DNA of 64,000 nt from Macrostomum lignano (taxonomy: Eukaryota). The notes beneath the pieces are model-generated. The model was given only the letters and a program-made list of their open reading frames with translations, was not told the DNA's origin and ran no database searches. Positions 52,101 through 63,429 of this stretch are shown here, in pieces. Each line of letters begins with the position of its first letter. Position 1 is the first letter of the stretch. The DNA lies in the NCBI GenBank assembly GCA_002269645.1, contig NIVC01000521.1:1-64000 (forward strand), given 5' to 3'. The position numbers were made by a program, and so were the translations under genes.

Positions 52101-52478
52101 GGCGCGCAATTCGACGCATTCAACTCGTAGGCGCTCTTTGGCATCGTGAGCCGAGTCTAGCTGGGCGCGCAGCTCACATTTGGCACTCTCTGCTCGGCTA
52201 ATTTCGTCCGTCAGGCGCGCTAATTCAGTTTGAACTGATTGCAATTTAGCCCGGTCGCTAGCGGCATCGGCTTCAAGAGCTTTGGACTTGGCCGTGGCCT
52301 CGAATACTCGCTGCTCGCTGTCCACTCGTTGCATTTCGCAACGCTCTCTGGCGCTGGCGAGGGCGGCCTGCAGGCTGTCGATGACTTCGAATAGATTCTG
52401 GCGCTGCCCGTCTGACAGGCTGGACCACACGGATTGGTCCACGCCGCAGGCCTGAACCAGTTGGTAGTCAGCTGTGGC
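40123..52478 (-). CDS. TPR: Nucleoprotein TPR (Megator/Mlp1 family nuclear basket coiled-coil protein)
   Basis: Exons 52478-51963, 51258-50701, 49573-48947, 47407-47129, 45914-45555, 44857-44022 and 43576-40123 total 6630 nt, in frame. TPR-family motifs: QRVDSEQRVFE, ELESQRRLAAVYRS, VITERLLTYGDVEELQEQNRRLL, KYEQELVLHAVD, QLLQLVRYLRKERNLAE, LLERVEQLSLVTESNRLLRREQ, and an acidic low-complexity tail. No ATG at the 5' end. Confidence 0.92.
43640..43982. repeat. 33-bp minisatellite (GACACAGGTGTTACAGTGGGCTGCGGTCTGTGA)n, TPR intron 6
   Basis: About 10 tandem copies. Confidence 0.96.
44935..45500. repeat. 31-bp minisatellite (CAGGTGTTACAATGGACAACCCTGTTAGACA)n, TPR intron 5
   Basis: Tandem copies, degenerate at both ends. 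Confidence 0.95.
46330..46888 (+). mobile_element. 5'-truncated non-LTR retrotransposon (R1/LOA/I-group-like ORF2 C-terminus) in TPR intron 4, antisense to TPR
   Basis: Translation reads RW..NCRQSR..LLNQNRKDIRALVMTFTGRHGNLARH..CPFCEYDNEDAQQFVCHCPFFTRDR, a C-terminal zinc-knuckle region typical of these LINEs. A GC-rich 3' UTR and a short A tail follow. Confidence 0.75.
47470..48915. repeat. ~32-35 bp minisatellite (GCAGAGGACTGTCTATTTAAGGACACTGTGGGG)n, TPR intron 3
   Basis: Occupies almost the whole intron (48946-47408). Confidence 0.97.
49615..50600. repeat. 24/20-bp minisatellite (CATTTAGTCATTAACCTGTCCCCT)n, TPR intron 2
   Basis: Alternating unit variants. Confidence 0.96.
51465..51860. 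repeat. 33-bp minisatellite (ACTGAGATAACATGACTAAATTCCCCCAACC[C/A][T/C])n, TPR intron 1
   Basis: About 12 tandem copies. Confidence 0.95.
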
Positions 52479-53849
52479 CTGCAATGCCAGTTGGCACGTG
52501 TATATTCTGTTTAATTATGCTGGATAGCAATTTTGTAATACCGTTCAGAAAGCACAAATGTACTCTTGATCATGCACTAATACACACATTCACACATGTT
52601 TTAGAGCAGTCCTGACTTTCTAATCGTCAGGAGCATACATGCGCAACACCCGGCCAGCCGCCGGCTGGCGAAGGGTCCAGACAAGGTAAATCGCAAAAAT
52701 GCCCACCCAAAATAGAGACAAAGTACTAACTAGATGACAACTCATTTAGCCTTAATAATGCAGTCAAAGTTACTCCTGCCATTTACCCAAAGGTGGGTGT
52801 GCACAAAAATGACCTAGGGGGCTATGCAATCCACAATCATAAGGGCCAACCCCCAAGACACAGACGTGCACATCCCAAACAATTAGTAAGTCAAAGTCAC
52901 TGTTTTCATTAAACCTAAACCCAAAAAATTTTTTTACAAAATTTCCTATCTTTAAAGAAAAATATTGTCACAAAATATTTTTTGTATAGCATAGTACTCA
53001 TACTATAGTCGCACTACATAAATACTATGTAAAGTATTTATGTATTATAGATACTTTATAAATAATATATAATATATATTTATTTTATTGTGTATATACT
53101 ATACATTTTTATTTTCAATGCAAAAAGAACTCTCAAGCCTGTGGTCACTAGTCAAGGACTTGAAGAATGGAGATTTTCAATGTTGTATACACATTGCATG
53201 ATTAAGATAATAAGGGCTAACATTAAGATAAATGCAATATTAATCATTTTGATATAATAAATGAGATCTATTGATAAACCATAGGTTAAAGTATCACTAT
53301 TAGTCTTCAAAAAATTCACATTTTGGCAGACAACCATTGCTATTGTTAATGCATTCTAATAGTAGAATACTTAGGAATACATTTAGATTTTTTATTCAGG
53401 CATACATATAATAATTTGTAACCTATAGTTTAGATCATGGCAGGTATCTATGGGAACAAAATTCCTAGCTTTTTGATTCTATATCATTATAAATTAGAAT
53501 GAAATTTATGCAAAGAATAGAGTTGCTTGCATGCTAATTTTATATATATTGTTTCAGAAACAAGAATTTGAATCAAACTAATGAACAAACTAATGCTCTG
53601 TACTTTTCTTTTTTATATTTAAAGCAAACAACTTACATCACCAAACTTAGTGTTGAAAGATTGTTCCAGCAATGTAAGTCTCTTCTTTCAAAGTTCAAAA
53701 CTCAAGGAACAGTTTGCATTTGAAATTTCCTAGTTTAAAGCATTGAATTTTTGAATGTACATTCACTGCCTACTACAGTGAGAGGCTTGCAAGTTTATGC
53801 ATTGAATTTCACTGTCCGCCCCTATTGCAGCCAAGGTCTGAACCGCGCC

Positions 53850-54200
53850 AGACGCCCCCCTTTCCCGCGCCAGACATCTACCCGTACTGCGCCAAGGCCA
53901 GTCCCCAGGATCAGTGATTTGGTTCAATTCTCCCCTCTGTGCCCCTCCCCATGTGTGCCCCCGCACCCCTCTCCCATGCCCCCGCGCCACGCCGCCGCGC
54001 GCCGCCGCCACACACCACGCCACCATGCGTCGCGCCGCCGCAGTGCACCGCGCTGCCGCCAGGCCAATCCGCGCCGCCGCCACACACCACGCCACCATGC
54101 GTCGCGCCGCCGCAGTGCACCGCGCTGCCGCCAGGCCAATCCGCGCCGGATGCCGTCCACGAAAATGGCCATTGGCTGCAATAAGGCTGTCCGCCAGTTA
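53850..54200. promoter_or_regulatory. GC/CpG-rich island with a 72-bp direct duplication and CCAAT motifs; candidate promoter region upstream of TPR
   Basis: Sharp GC island inside very AT-rich DNA. It holds GGCCAATCCG twice, ATTGG once and AAAATGGC (YY1-like). The function is inference only. Confidence 0.35.
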
Positions 54201-54639
54201 GCAAGGTCCAAATGTATATACACAGCCACTTAAAATGCCCCTATCCCCTCACTGGAGAAAATATACTGGCAAGATAGGAAAAAATTGTAGCATAATTGCT
54301 CAAAATTGATGAAAATTTTTAGTTCAGAGCAGAAAAAGTGGCCAAAGAAGGTTAAGAAAACAGTTGTCTGCTTTTTTAACAGACTTAATTTTGAAAAATT
54401 CAAAATTAAAATAGCCTATTTGTTGTATAGGACAATTCTGCATTGATATATATTAGTCCCACATCTGAGTTGCCAGCCATCTAGGAGGAGATATGTGTTA
54501 AACCCAGTCCCTAGTGATATGTATCACTAGTCAATTGATTGATTGGTCCGCTCAGCTTTAGATATAAGATAGAATTATAATTATACAATAAATAAACATT
54601 CCCTTTGGCTTTAGCTTTAATTATAGTCTGGCCTATAGA

Positions 54640-55100
54640 TATTTATCTACTAAATAATGCAAGCAGTCTGGTACAAGCCTAAGATGGCCACATACCAAGA
54701 TGGCCACAATATTTTTTTTCTATTTATTTAATTTTAATATTAATTAGAAATATAATCTATTGTTATATTATTTTTATATAACATGTTTAATCAATCATAT
54801 TTATAAATATTGAAACAATAATGGATTTAAAAATAATTACCCATAATACAAAAACTTTAAAGATCTATTATAGTATCTATCTCCTTAAGACTTGAAGATT
54901 GATACCTAATATAAATTACTATCAATAAGAAATAATTGAAATTTAAAGACCTAAGCTAGGGTTAGGCCTATCATTATTGATTTAGTCTAGACATTAGTGA
55001 ATAAAAACTAGATATAATATTAATAACAAATATTTAATGTTGTGGCCATCTTGGTATATGGCTATCTTTTGTATTGTTTTAGATAATAAATTTATTATAA
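54640..55100. repeat. Inverted-repeat (foldback/MITE-like) structure
   Basis: AAGATGGCCACATACCAAGATGGCCACAATATT (~54680) is the near-perfect reverse complement of AATGTTGTGGCCATCTTGGTATATGGCTATCTT (~55040), with an AT-rich spacer. Confidence 0.6.
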
Positions 55101-57926
55101 AATAATTTCTAAAAAAATATTTTAAGTTTAACTCTGTTGTCTATATAAATTTTGACTTTTTGATAATACTAGGCCTATTTTTTGAGTAATTGGACTCAAT
55201 TTCTAGTTTCTAGTAAAAAGTATGTTTAGTTAGATAAATACAGCTTCACAATTATTCAACTAATGTTTTACTAGGTCTAGTCCTAATCAATTCAAGTGAC
55301 ATATTGTTATAAAGTTTTTTTCCTATAGAATACTTATTTTTATACCACTTATTTCTCTTTTTTAGTTATTTAGGTTATTTTTTAACCAGGCCTAAAAATA
55401 CATTTTTCACATTTTTTCATTTGGTCACATTTCTTATCTAACTGAATATGTGAAGTTCCTTCTATTCAAACAAGTAAATTCTGTATGTTTCTTTTAATTC
55501 ACTTAAGTCCATGCCTCGGACCAAGGATAATGGAACTGTGACGCGCGTCCTATTTTTCTGTCTGAAAAACTTTGTTCAGCAGACGAAATCACTGCACGCA
55601 CTTCAATAGACACTTAGTCAGAGTTCTATTAGGCCTATAAACACTACAGTTTATTGACTCTTGATAATTTGGGACCACCTAGCCACTAAGGTTATAACCT
55701 AGGCCTACCACTGGGTATAGTATAGGCCCTAGTCGTCTTTAAAACATGGGAACTTGGGATTGGGAAGAACAATGTGACAGTGTGCAAACAACGAATGTAA
55801 TTTTCAATATTTTCTCATGTACACTGTACTAGGAATCTGATAAGTCTCTGACAAAAGTTTCATAAAATCAGAAGAACTTTTATACTTGAAGTTCAAGATT
55901 CTCTGAAAGCATTTTTTCAAACATACTCATAGAAACAGATGACAGAGAATTAAGACCTGGTTCAATACTTAAGGCCAAAATGGGTCCTTAAATATTATTG
56001 GCAGATAAACAATTTTAAAAACAGCCTTAGCACATTTTTTATTAAATTTTAAAAAACTGTCGAATTTGCTTATTTAAATCATTCAATTTTTATGCGACAA
56101 TTTTTCCTCATAATTTAGGCATATTTAGCTGGTATATTTGTTTATATTTTGTTATAGCGTGAACTGCTTCAGAAAACTGTGCATTCATGTAGGTCAAATT
56201 TGTTGACTCAAAAACCGATGTTAACTCAAGGACAACTGGAATATGATTATAACTTCAGTGGTTCCTTTTGATAACTTAAGCGAATTACTAGGATATAGGA
56301 TATAGGACTTCATTTTTTGGATAGGACTTCGCTAACATTAACAACTTTGCGAAGTTCATGTACTTTTTGAGCGAAGTAATTGCTCACCAATCTCTATTTT
56401 AATTCGATGTGTCTTCTTTTCCTGCAAACTTTAGCTTTATAGTTAGATTTTCGAATAAAATTCAAGTTTATAAGCTACATGTACAAAGCTAATGATTTAC
56501 TAACGTGCTTATGTATGCAAAACATTAGTAATGCCACCTTATTTTTAAGCTCTGGATCATTTTAGTTCGATGACTTTGGTTGTTAATTTACAGAGTTACT
56601 TCTTCGAATTTCTGTAAAACTATAGATTGTACTCCAGTTGCCCTGTTACTGAGATAAACTTTCCGTTTAGAGAGGAGAATTGCGCTGCATGATACATGCT
56701 GTACAGCTTCTTTTTCATTTATGTTGTACTCACCAAACATGAACGAATGTGACAGATCAAGTTTGCGTAAAATATATGGTGTTCGCTGTGTTTAGGCTAC
56801 GAACACGCGGGCACAAGTGTGCGTGCATCGAATAGTGTACATGCATACATGTATTCATTAAATAAAGCAGCGAGGACTCCCAACACACTATGGCGCCGTA
56901 ATAATTGAGCCGATTTTGGAGGTGAGGTGGGCGTCCAGTTCAGATTGGCACAAGCCAAAATGAATCTGGCCTTTATAGTACAGAATCGAGCCAGAGTTTG
57001 TTTGGCGCGAGAGACTCAGACGCGCGGCGTTTCCTGCTGAGGTGCTCTGCCACCTTTTTGATCTACCAAGAACTACTTAAGTAGTCCTTGTGATCTACAT
57101 GTGCATATACAGTATCTGAGGACGTTTTATAAAAGTCATCCTGCGCAGCCCAGCCCAGAAGGTTTAGATTCCATGAAAAAAAGCAATAAACAACAGTCAG
57201 CCAATTCAAGAGTTTATACGTTTTTGGAAGAAAATAAGCTTCGAGTTACTGGTTTTCTCTACTCACATGTAGATATATGAGCTCGGTATCTCTCCATGCA
57301 GCTATTTCGTCATCTTTCTACCCTAGCATTTTTTCTCAATTGACACGTCAACCAAATTTTCGGTCTGTTTCCACGCTTCCGTACGCCAGCAGCACGCGGG
57401 CTCTTGGGTTGTATGGATCAATTTATCCCAGATCAGGCTTCAGCAAGCAGCAAATAAATAACACTGAGTAGGAAGGGCAGCAAGAGTCACTGTTAAATTG
57501 TACACTTAGCCTCTCAATCTCTTCGCAATGATTTACAGAGTTGCTGTCGGTTCGATACTGATAAAAAACTGCTTTTCTGCTGGGTAGTCTCAATTTTTCA
57601 TGCGATTTCTTTCATACAAAAATCTGCAATACCAGCTTAGAAGTAAAGGAACCATGCAATACACACTACGGTAAGCATGACTATACATGTATATCCTCAC
57701 CAATTTGTGTAGGCCTACATCTTACACGTACACTTCAGACACCGCGGAGCAGGAGGGGGCGCAGAGGGGGTAGCTGCTTCCCTGATATTTCTAATGATTG
57801 CTTAACTGCATTGGGGACCATCCAAATAGAGGTCAAGGAGGGTCATGTCCCCTTGAAAATGAAAATGCGTTGAAAATGTGAACCCAATAACTCAACTGCA
57901 GAACTTCCGGAGGCACCAAGATTAGA

Positions 57927-60403
57927 ATGACGTACGTCTGGACTCAGCAATTAACCTGCTTTTTATTGCTTCTATCACTGTCGGGTCCTCGAGCCGTCTT
58001 CTCAAGCACTGTTGAAGTGTTCGAAGATGAAAAAACCAAAGAGCTCAGCATCTCAGTTGAATCCAGCCGACCTGAGACAACTTTCTCCGGCAGGATCGGG
58101 ATCAGGAACACGTTCGGCTACTTTTATAGACTTCACCAGGATTTTGCCGCCAAAGAAGAGTTCTGCTTTTTCACTGTTGCTCTCGGGATGCGGAATTTCT
58201 CCTGTCATGCTTTTGTTGGTGTTTTGTTTTACTGTTCAAATGATTGCCTGCTGTTTGTTTTTGCAAATGAAGATCTTAGACTGATAGAGCAAATCAGTGG
58301 GGTAATGCAAGTGGAAAAGCCAATTGAAAAGCATGGAAAGCATCAATTCGCCTGGCGGGACACATGCTACGCCCCTTCTAAAAATTACACATAGTTCTTA
58401 GGTCTTTCTGTGTAGCGTTTACAGCTATATTTCTACAGATTATTACAGATTTGAGATGCTGTCTCACGCCGTTAAACACTCTTTCATGGACTCTTTTCAT
58501 GGATTTTGAATTCCAGGCCACGAAGTATTGGGATCTCGATACCGAAATTGAAGTGAGCAATTCGGAAGGCGATGTCCTTAGGACTGGCAAGCTGGGAGAC
58601 CAAGGCAAGGCTAAGATAACGGTGACAGATGTTGTGAGAACAGGTAAAATACAGCTTCTCTCTTGAGAAATACCTGTAGCTTCTGTGCGTCTCAGTTTAC
58701 TTAGCGATCGTATAACAATCATTTAGTCGCTTAAAATTACAACTGTGTAAATCGCAACCATAAAGAGTATATGTATTGTCGCTATAAATATAGTTACACT
58801 TTTCTGAGCATAGTTTCAACATTTTTAACTAATCGCATCTCATGGTCATTTGCAGACATCTATCAAATTTGCATAAAAAATTCTGGATCAGCAAAAACGA
58901 TTAGAATCATTGTGGCTCTCATGGATCCTAAAAAGGTACAAGATTTCCGCATTGTGCGTGACAACCTTGGAAAAGTTCACAACGTTTCTACGGCAAGTAC
59001 TAATGCAATGTTGGCGTGCGAATGTTCTCGTAGAGATAGACAAGCCTTTTTTGAAGTTGCACGTTTGCCAGTGTAACGGAGCTTTTGTCTATGGTGGCAG
59101 GGCTGTCACAGCGGCATTTAATTTGGTCCAACAAGCATCAATTTGGTCCAAAACCCCTGTGAGCCATTTGCAACCTGTGGGTTGTTGTGAATGGAATGTC
59201 AGTATCTGTACCAACAGTTTTCAGTCGCTTTTCCAGAGCTCTGCTGATAATCGAAATCAGATAACCAACTGGAACTGTTCCGTCAACTGGCTGCATTTTC
59301 TGCAACGTCAACAAAGGCTTCGTCTCAATCGCATCGAGTAGCAGTTGGACCTGAGGCTCTAGCAACTTGCCTTGGCGATTGCCACTTTTTCTCAGGCGAC
59401 CTATGCCAGCAGTGGTTTCAACGCGCTGATGGATGCTGTAAACCATCTTTCTTCTACGAGTATATTCAACAAACCTTGCAACTTTATTTGGGTGTTCACC
59501 TCTGTCGAGTGATTCAACCACAAGCCAGTGGCATGCGTTCGACAACCTAGCGTATGGTCCACCATTCTGGGACTGATCTTGATCCTCCGCAACAGTTGCA
59601 AATGAAGCTATGGACCAAATTGATGCTTGTTGGACCAAATTACGCTCGTAAATGCCACTGTGCCAGCCTTGCTACCATCGACAAAACCTCCGTTACATTG
59701 GCAAACGTATCTCGAATTAAATTAAATGCGCGTAAACCCACATGGGCTGCAAAAAATGCCTAAGACTCATTCATACTCTTTATCTCATCTCTGTTTTGAA
59801 ATACAAGCAGTAAAAAATTAAAATTCGCAAGACGGTTGTGGGCACCCTGGCGCAACGTCTTCGGCGACATCGTCCCACAACCAGCGTTGAGGCAATTCTT
59901 CCCATTCCCGCTGACTCTTGAGCACATACTGCACGTAGGCACGCTCTTGTAGACACGCTCACACAGGTTGTACAGCATCCCTGACTCTCTAATCGTCAGC
60001 ATGTACACTCTGTGTGCCTTGGGGGTTGGCCCTCTGCATGGGTGTGAATCGTACGGCAACGCCTTGCGCGATGGCGCGAGAGTTAGTCGCGTTTATAGCT
60101 AAGTACTGTTGGAAAACTCATGCCATATAATTGGTCCGTCTTTCTTACTTCAATTGTCCTTTACTGAGTTCGCTATTCCAAATTCAGGAAGCTGCTTCCC
60201 GCATCAATGCACGTCTTGCTGAAGTAATTTCGGACATTGAAAGTTCCTACTCGAACATTGCTCAAGATGTTTATCGCCTTTTAAATATTCGCAAATGGGT
60301 GAACGCTCGCGGCGCACTGGGCTCAATCGCGATGCTCTGCTGCACCGGCTTGTCAACCTTCATCATCAGGCGCTGGTTTGGCTCGCCGAGGACCTCCATT
60401 TAG
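57927..60403 (+). CDS. p24/TMED (emp24/gp25L) family GOLD-domain type I membrane protein, divergent
   Basis: Signal peptide (MTYVWTQQLTCFLLLLSLSG), then EEFCFF, exon ~58515-58644 (ATKYWDLDTEIEVSNSEGDVL), exon ~58857-58937 (DIYQICIKN), and last exon ~60189-60403 with a coiled-coil, RKWVNAR, a TM helix and an RRWF tail. The first donor site is uncertain. Confidence 0.7.
59062..59707 (-). mobile_element. Internally deleted Tc1/IS630-mariner-like DNA transposon in the TMED intron
   Basis: About 90-bp terminal inverted repeats (CGTTTGCCA[G/A]TGTAACGGAG.. including a perfect 31-bp AATTTGGTCCAACAAGCATCAATTTGGTCCA). TA lies at the right flank and CA at the left. The internal ORF 59138..59638 resembles transposase HTH domains but has no DDE catalytic part. 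Confidence 0.75.
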
Positions 60404-61439
60404 CTTTAGCCGCCGCAACTGAATTGACTCTGAACTTCTGGTATCTGGTTTCCAGCACAATGACTGGTGTACGGCGATAAAACCCTGCTTAAGCGAAGCA
60501 ATATACTCGTAGCTCTTTTAAACGCTGCAGAATCCCTCAGTTAGATTGGAAATTTGCACTTTTATTACTGCTGAGTTGTTTAATTTCTCATTTTCTGAAT
60601 TTAATGATCAGAAAAGGACCAGTTTTACAAGTTCTGTTCGATCTGAGGTTGTGTCTGAAGTCTTTCAATTTTACCGAGTAATGTTGAAAACGGACTTTTG
60701 GAGATTTAAATATCACAGTTGTTTGTAAGGAGTCTGTAGCCCAGTGGCCCAGCGCGATTCCAAGTGCAGTCACATTAATTTGGGGCTAAATTGGAATCTC
60801 GGCTTGGCTCTGCTCGTGCAATCAACGCCCTTGAGGGCCAACCCCCAAGACACAGTCCTAACGATGAATAAAGTTAGGGTCGCTGTACACTCCTGTGAGA
60901 GGTGTGCCTGTGCGTATGACTGCGTGCGCTTGTGTGCCTGCTCAGAGGGAGTCGGCGGAATGAACAGTAATGCCTCTCGTCGGTTGTGTGACAATGTCAC
61001 TCAATCTGCTCCAAGGGTGCACACAGCCCTCTGTCTCTAATAGGATGTGCACCTGGCCTGACTTTCTGAGTTTCATTCGGTGTTCACTCTGCGCCTTAAC
61101 TGTCGATTTGCCTAACGAGAGGGCACAAATAAGAACGAATTGCATAAACATGTGTGAGGACCAAACAAATTAGGAAGTTAAATACGCTCGAAGTGAGTCA
61201 AAAAATGCGATACCGCTCCGCTCGAGATCCGCTGGAATTTCTAATCCAGTACTCCAACGTGCTGCATGTTTTAAAGAACTTTTTTCTTCGATGAATTACG
61301 TAAGATGCATAAAAGAAAACAAATACGAGCTAACAAGTGGAACGCTTTTCTCAAATGCAAGCATCTGTTTACATCAGGGGTCGCAAATATGTTTTTATCT
61401 CAATGGCCAGATAGAGAACCTATAGTGCATGTCTGCAGG

Positions 61440-61620
61440 TCAGAGGAGGGGGAGAGGAGAGAGAATAGAGAAGAGATGAGAGAGATCGGAGATAGAAGAA
61501 TTGGGAGAGGAAATGAGAGAGGGTGAGGAGAGAAAGAAGAGAGAAGGAAAAAGTAGAGATAGAGGAGAGGAGAGGAGAGGAGAGAGGATATTAAGGAAAA
61601 GAGAGCTGAGAAGAGACAAG
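61440..61620. repeat. GA-rich low-complexity tract
   Basis: (GAGAG)n-like purine run. Confidence 0.85.
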
Positions 61621-61756
61621 CCTTCAGCGAGCCAGATTGCTTTGTGACGTTTCGATCATAGGACGCGTTTGCCGACCCCTGATTGACATGCTATTTGCAA
61701 CTGCCGCTATTTGAAAACTTTACTTCACAACTATGATAATTTGGTATGCTGCCTGA

Positions 61757-62752
61757 CTAATTGTCAAGTTCATCAGATCGCTGCCTTCTACCAGTTAGCA
61801 GTGCCATCAGCAGCTGCGACACCGGCCAGTGAGCATAGTAGAGCAGGCCGAAAAGCCGCTCCAGAGCCGTCAACTGCCACCGAGTGTCCAACTGTCGCCG
61901 CCGGTCCGCCAGCACCAGATCCGCGCAGCACCTCAGGCAGATCAGCGGTCCAGCCAGAGTCAGGAAGTTCATCGCAAGCAGGCCGAACAGCTGAGCGGCC
62001 ACCTTCTCGTCGTGAGAATCGTCGAACTCTGCAGAGCGTCGGCACAGCAGCAGCAGCAGCATCAACGGCAGCAGGACAAGCAGCGGCCCAACGAATCCAA
62101 CGGCGACGCGGACAATCCGATAGCCCGACGATGACGGCAGCTGGACAATCGTGACAACAGGCGAGCCGGCTGCTCCCGATGAAGAAGTTGTCACCAAAGT
62201 TGTTGTCCAGCTCAGCGGCAGAGTCAGGGCCAGCGCGGCGCAGCCGACGGAGATGGTAGCGATGATCAGAACGGCTGGACGGTGGACACCAAGACGCCAG
62301 GGCTCCAACAGCAGAGACAGCAGCAGAGTCCAGGCGTAGCCGCATGCGGCCCAGTCGTGCAGCGCGGCGGAGGTCGGCAAGCGACTGCAGCCGGCGCCCG
62401 CGCCACCCTCTACGTAGGCAGCTGCGTGCAGAACTCCGGCAGACAGCGCCGTCGTGACATTGTAGATGCTCAGCGCGAGCAGAGGAATCCTACAGCCGGC
62501 CAGATATCGACCTGGAAGCAGCAGCAGGCTGCTCAGCTGCCAGATCGACCAGACGAAGGTGGCGCTGAGCATCGGTGGCAGGCTGTAGAAATACGCGTCC
62601 GTCAGAGTCAGGGAAAGTCGGCTGATCATGCCGGCTGTCATTTTCGTGGCGACCGTAGCATCGGCTGAGACCGGAGCGGAGACCGTCTTGATGGTCTCAA
62701 GCAGGGTGCCGTTCGGGCTGTACAAGTGGCAGTGCAGACAGAAAGTAGCCAT
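61757..62752 (-). CDS. Intronless seven-transmembrane protein, divergent rhodopsin-like orphan GPCR
   Basis: About 331-aa ORF from ATG 62752 with seven hydrophobic segments, an N-terminal NGT sequon, a Cys at the top of TM3 (GCSRL) and a TM5 proline (VGFVGPLL). No DRY or NPxxY motif. Confidence 0.7.
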   Translation of the reverse strand: MATFCLHCHLYSPNGTLLETIKTVSAPVSADATVATKMTAGMISRLSLTLTDAYFYSLPPMLSATFVWSIWQLSSLLLLPGRYLAGCRIPLLALSIYNVTTALSAGVLHAAAYVEGGAGAGCSRLPTSAALHDWAACGYAWTLLLSLLLEPWRLGVHRPAVLIIATISVGCAALALTLPLSWTTTLVTTSSSGAAGSPVVTIVQLPSSSGYRIVRVAVGFVGPLLVLLPLMLLLLLCRRSAEFDDSHDEKVAAQLFGLLAMNFLTLAGPLICLRCCADLVLADRRRQLDTRWQLTALERLFGLLYYAHWPVSQLLMALLTGRRQRSDELDN

Positions 62753-63429
62753 GATTTGACTTTGAAACGTCACCTTTTGCTAGCTGTGACTGCACCAGCC
62801 TTAGAGCGGGGACTGAATCTGTCGATGAAATTACCAAAAAAAACTGTGCGAACACTGGCGCCAAGGGAAACAGTTAGCGGTCATTTGCGGATCATTAAAT
62901 ACTCCGGGATCGGAGAGTGAGTGAGGGGATCAGGATGGGTCAGGATGCATCGAAGTGAAAAATGATTTCTGGTTTCAGCTGACTAATGACAGGCAGGCTT
63001 ATCCGGCCTCCTGAGCTGCTGAACTCACTGTCGCGATAAACTTTGCTCTGTGGCCGTGGCGAGAGGCCAAATAATGCGACCCCCGTCGGTCATCCCCCCG
63101 AGTTAACGGTTTCCGCTGTTCCTAAAATAATCTATGGATTCGGAAATTTATTGTCAACCAATAGTTATTAAACGATAGATACTACTATTGATGGCACTAT
63201 TCTGCCCGTGGTATGCTATTCAGTGGTTGGTACGAGAGTCAGGGTGCGTGCATGCATATGTGAGTTTATGGCCTGTATATCGCTACTTATCCGTTTGCAT
63301 GCGTGCTCAGGGGTCAGCAAAATGGCATTCGAGTCAGCGGATTGTAAAAGTCTTAAAACAAAGAGTTTACAATCAATGTAGGGTCATTTCAGTTGGCAGT
63401 TCATAACCCTGGGTTGCGCTCCCCTACAC

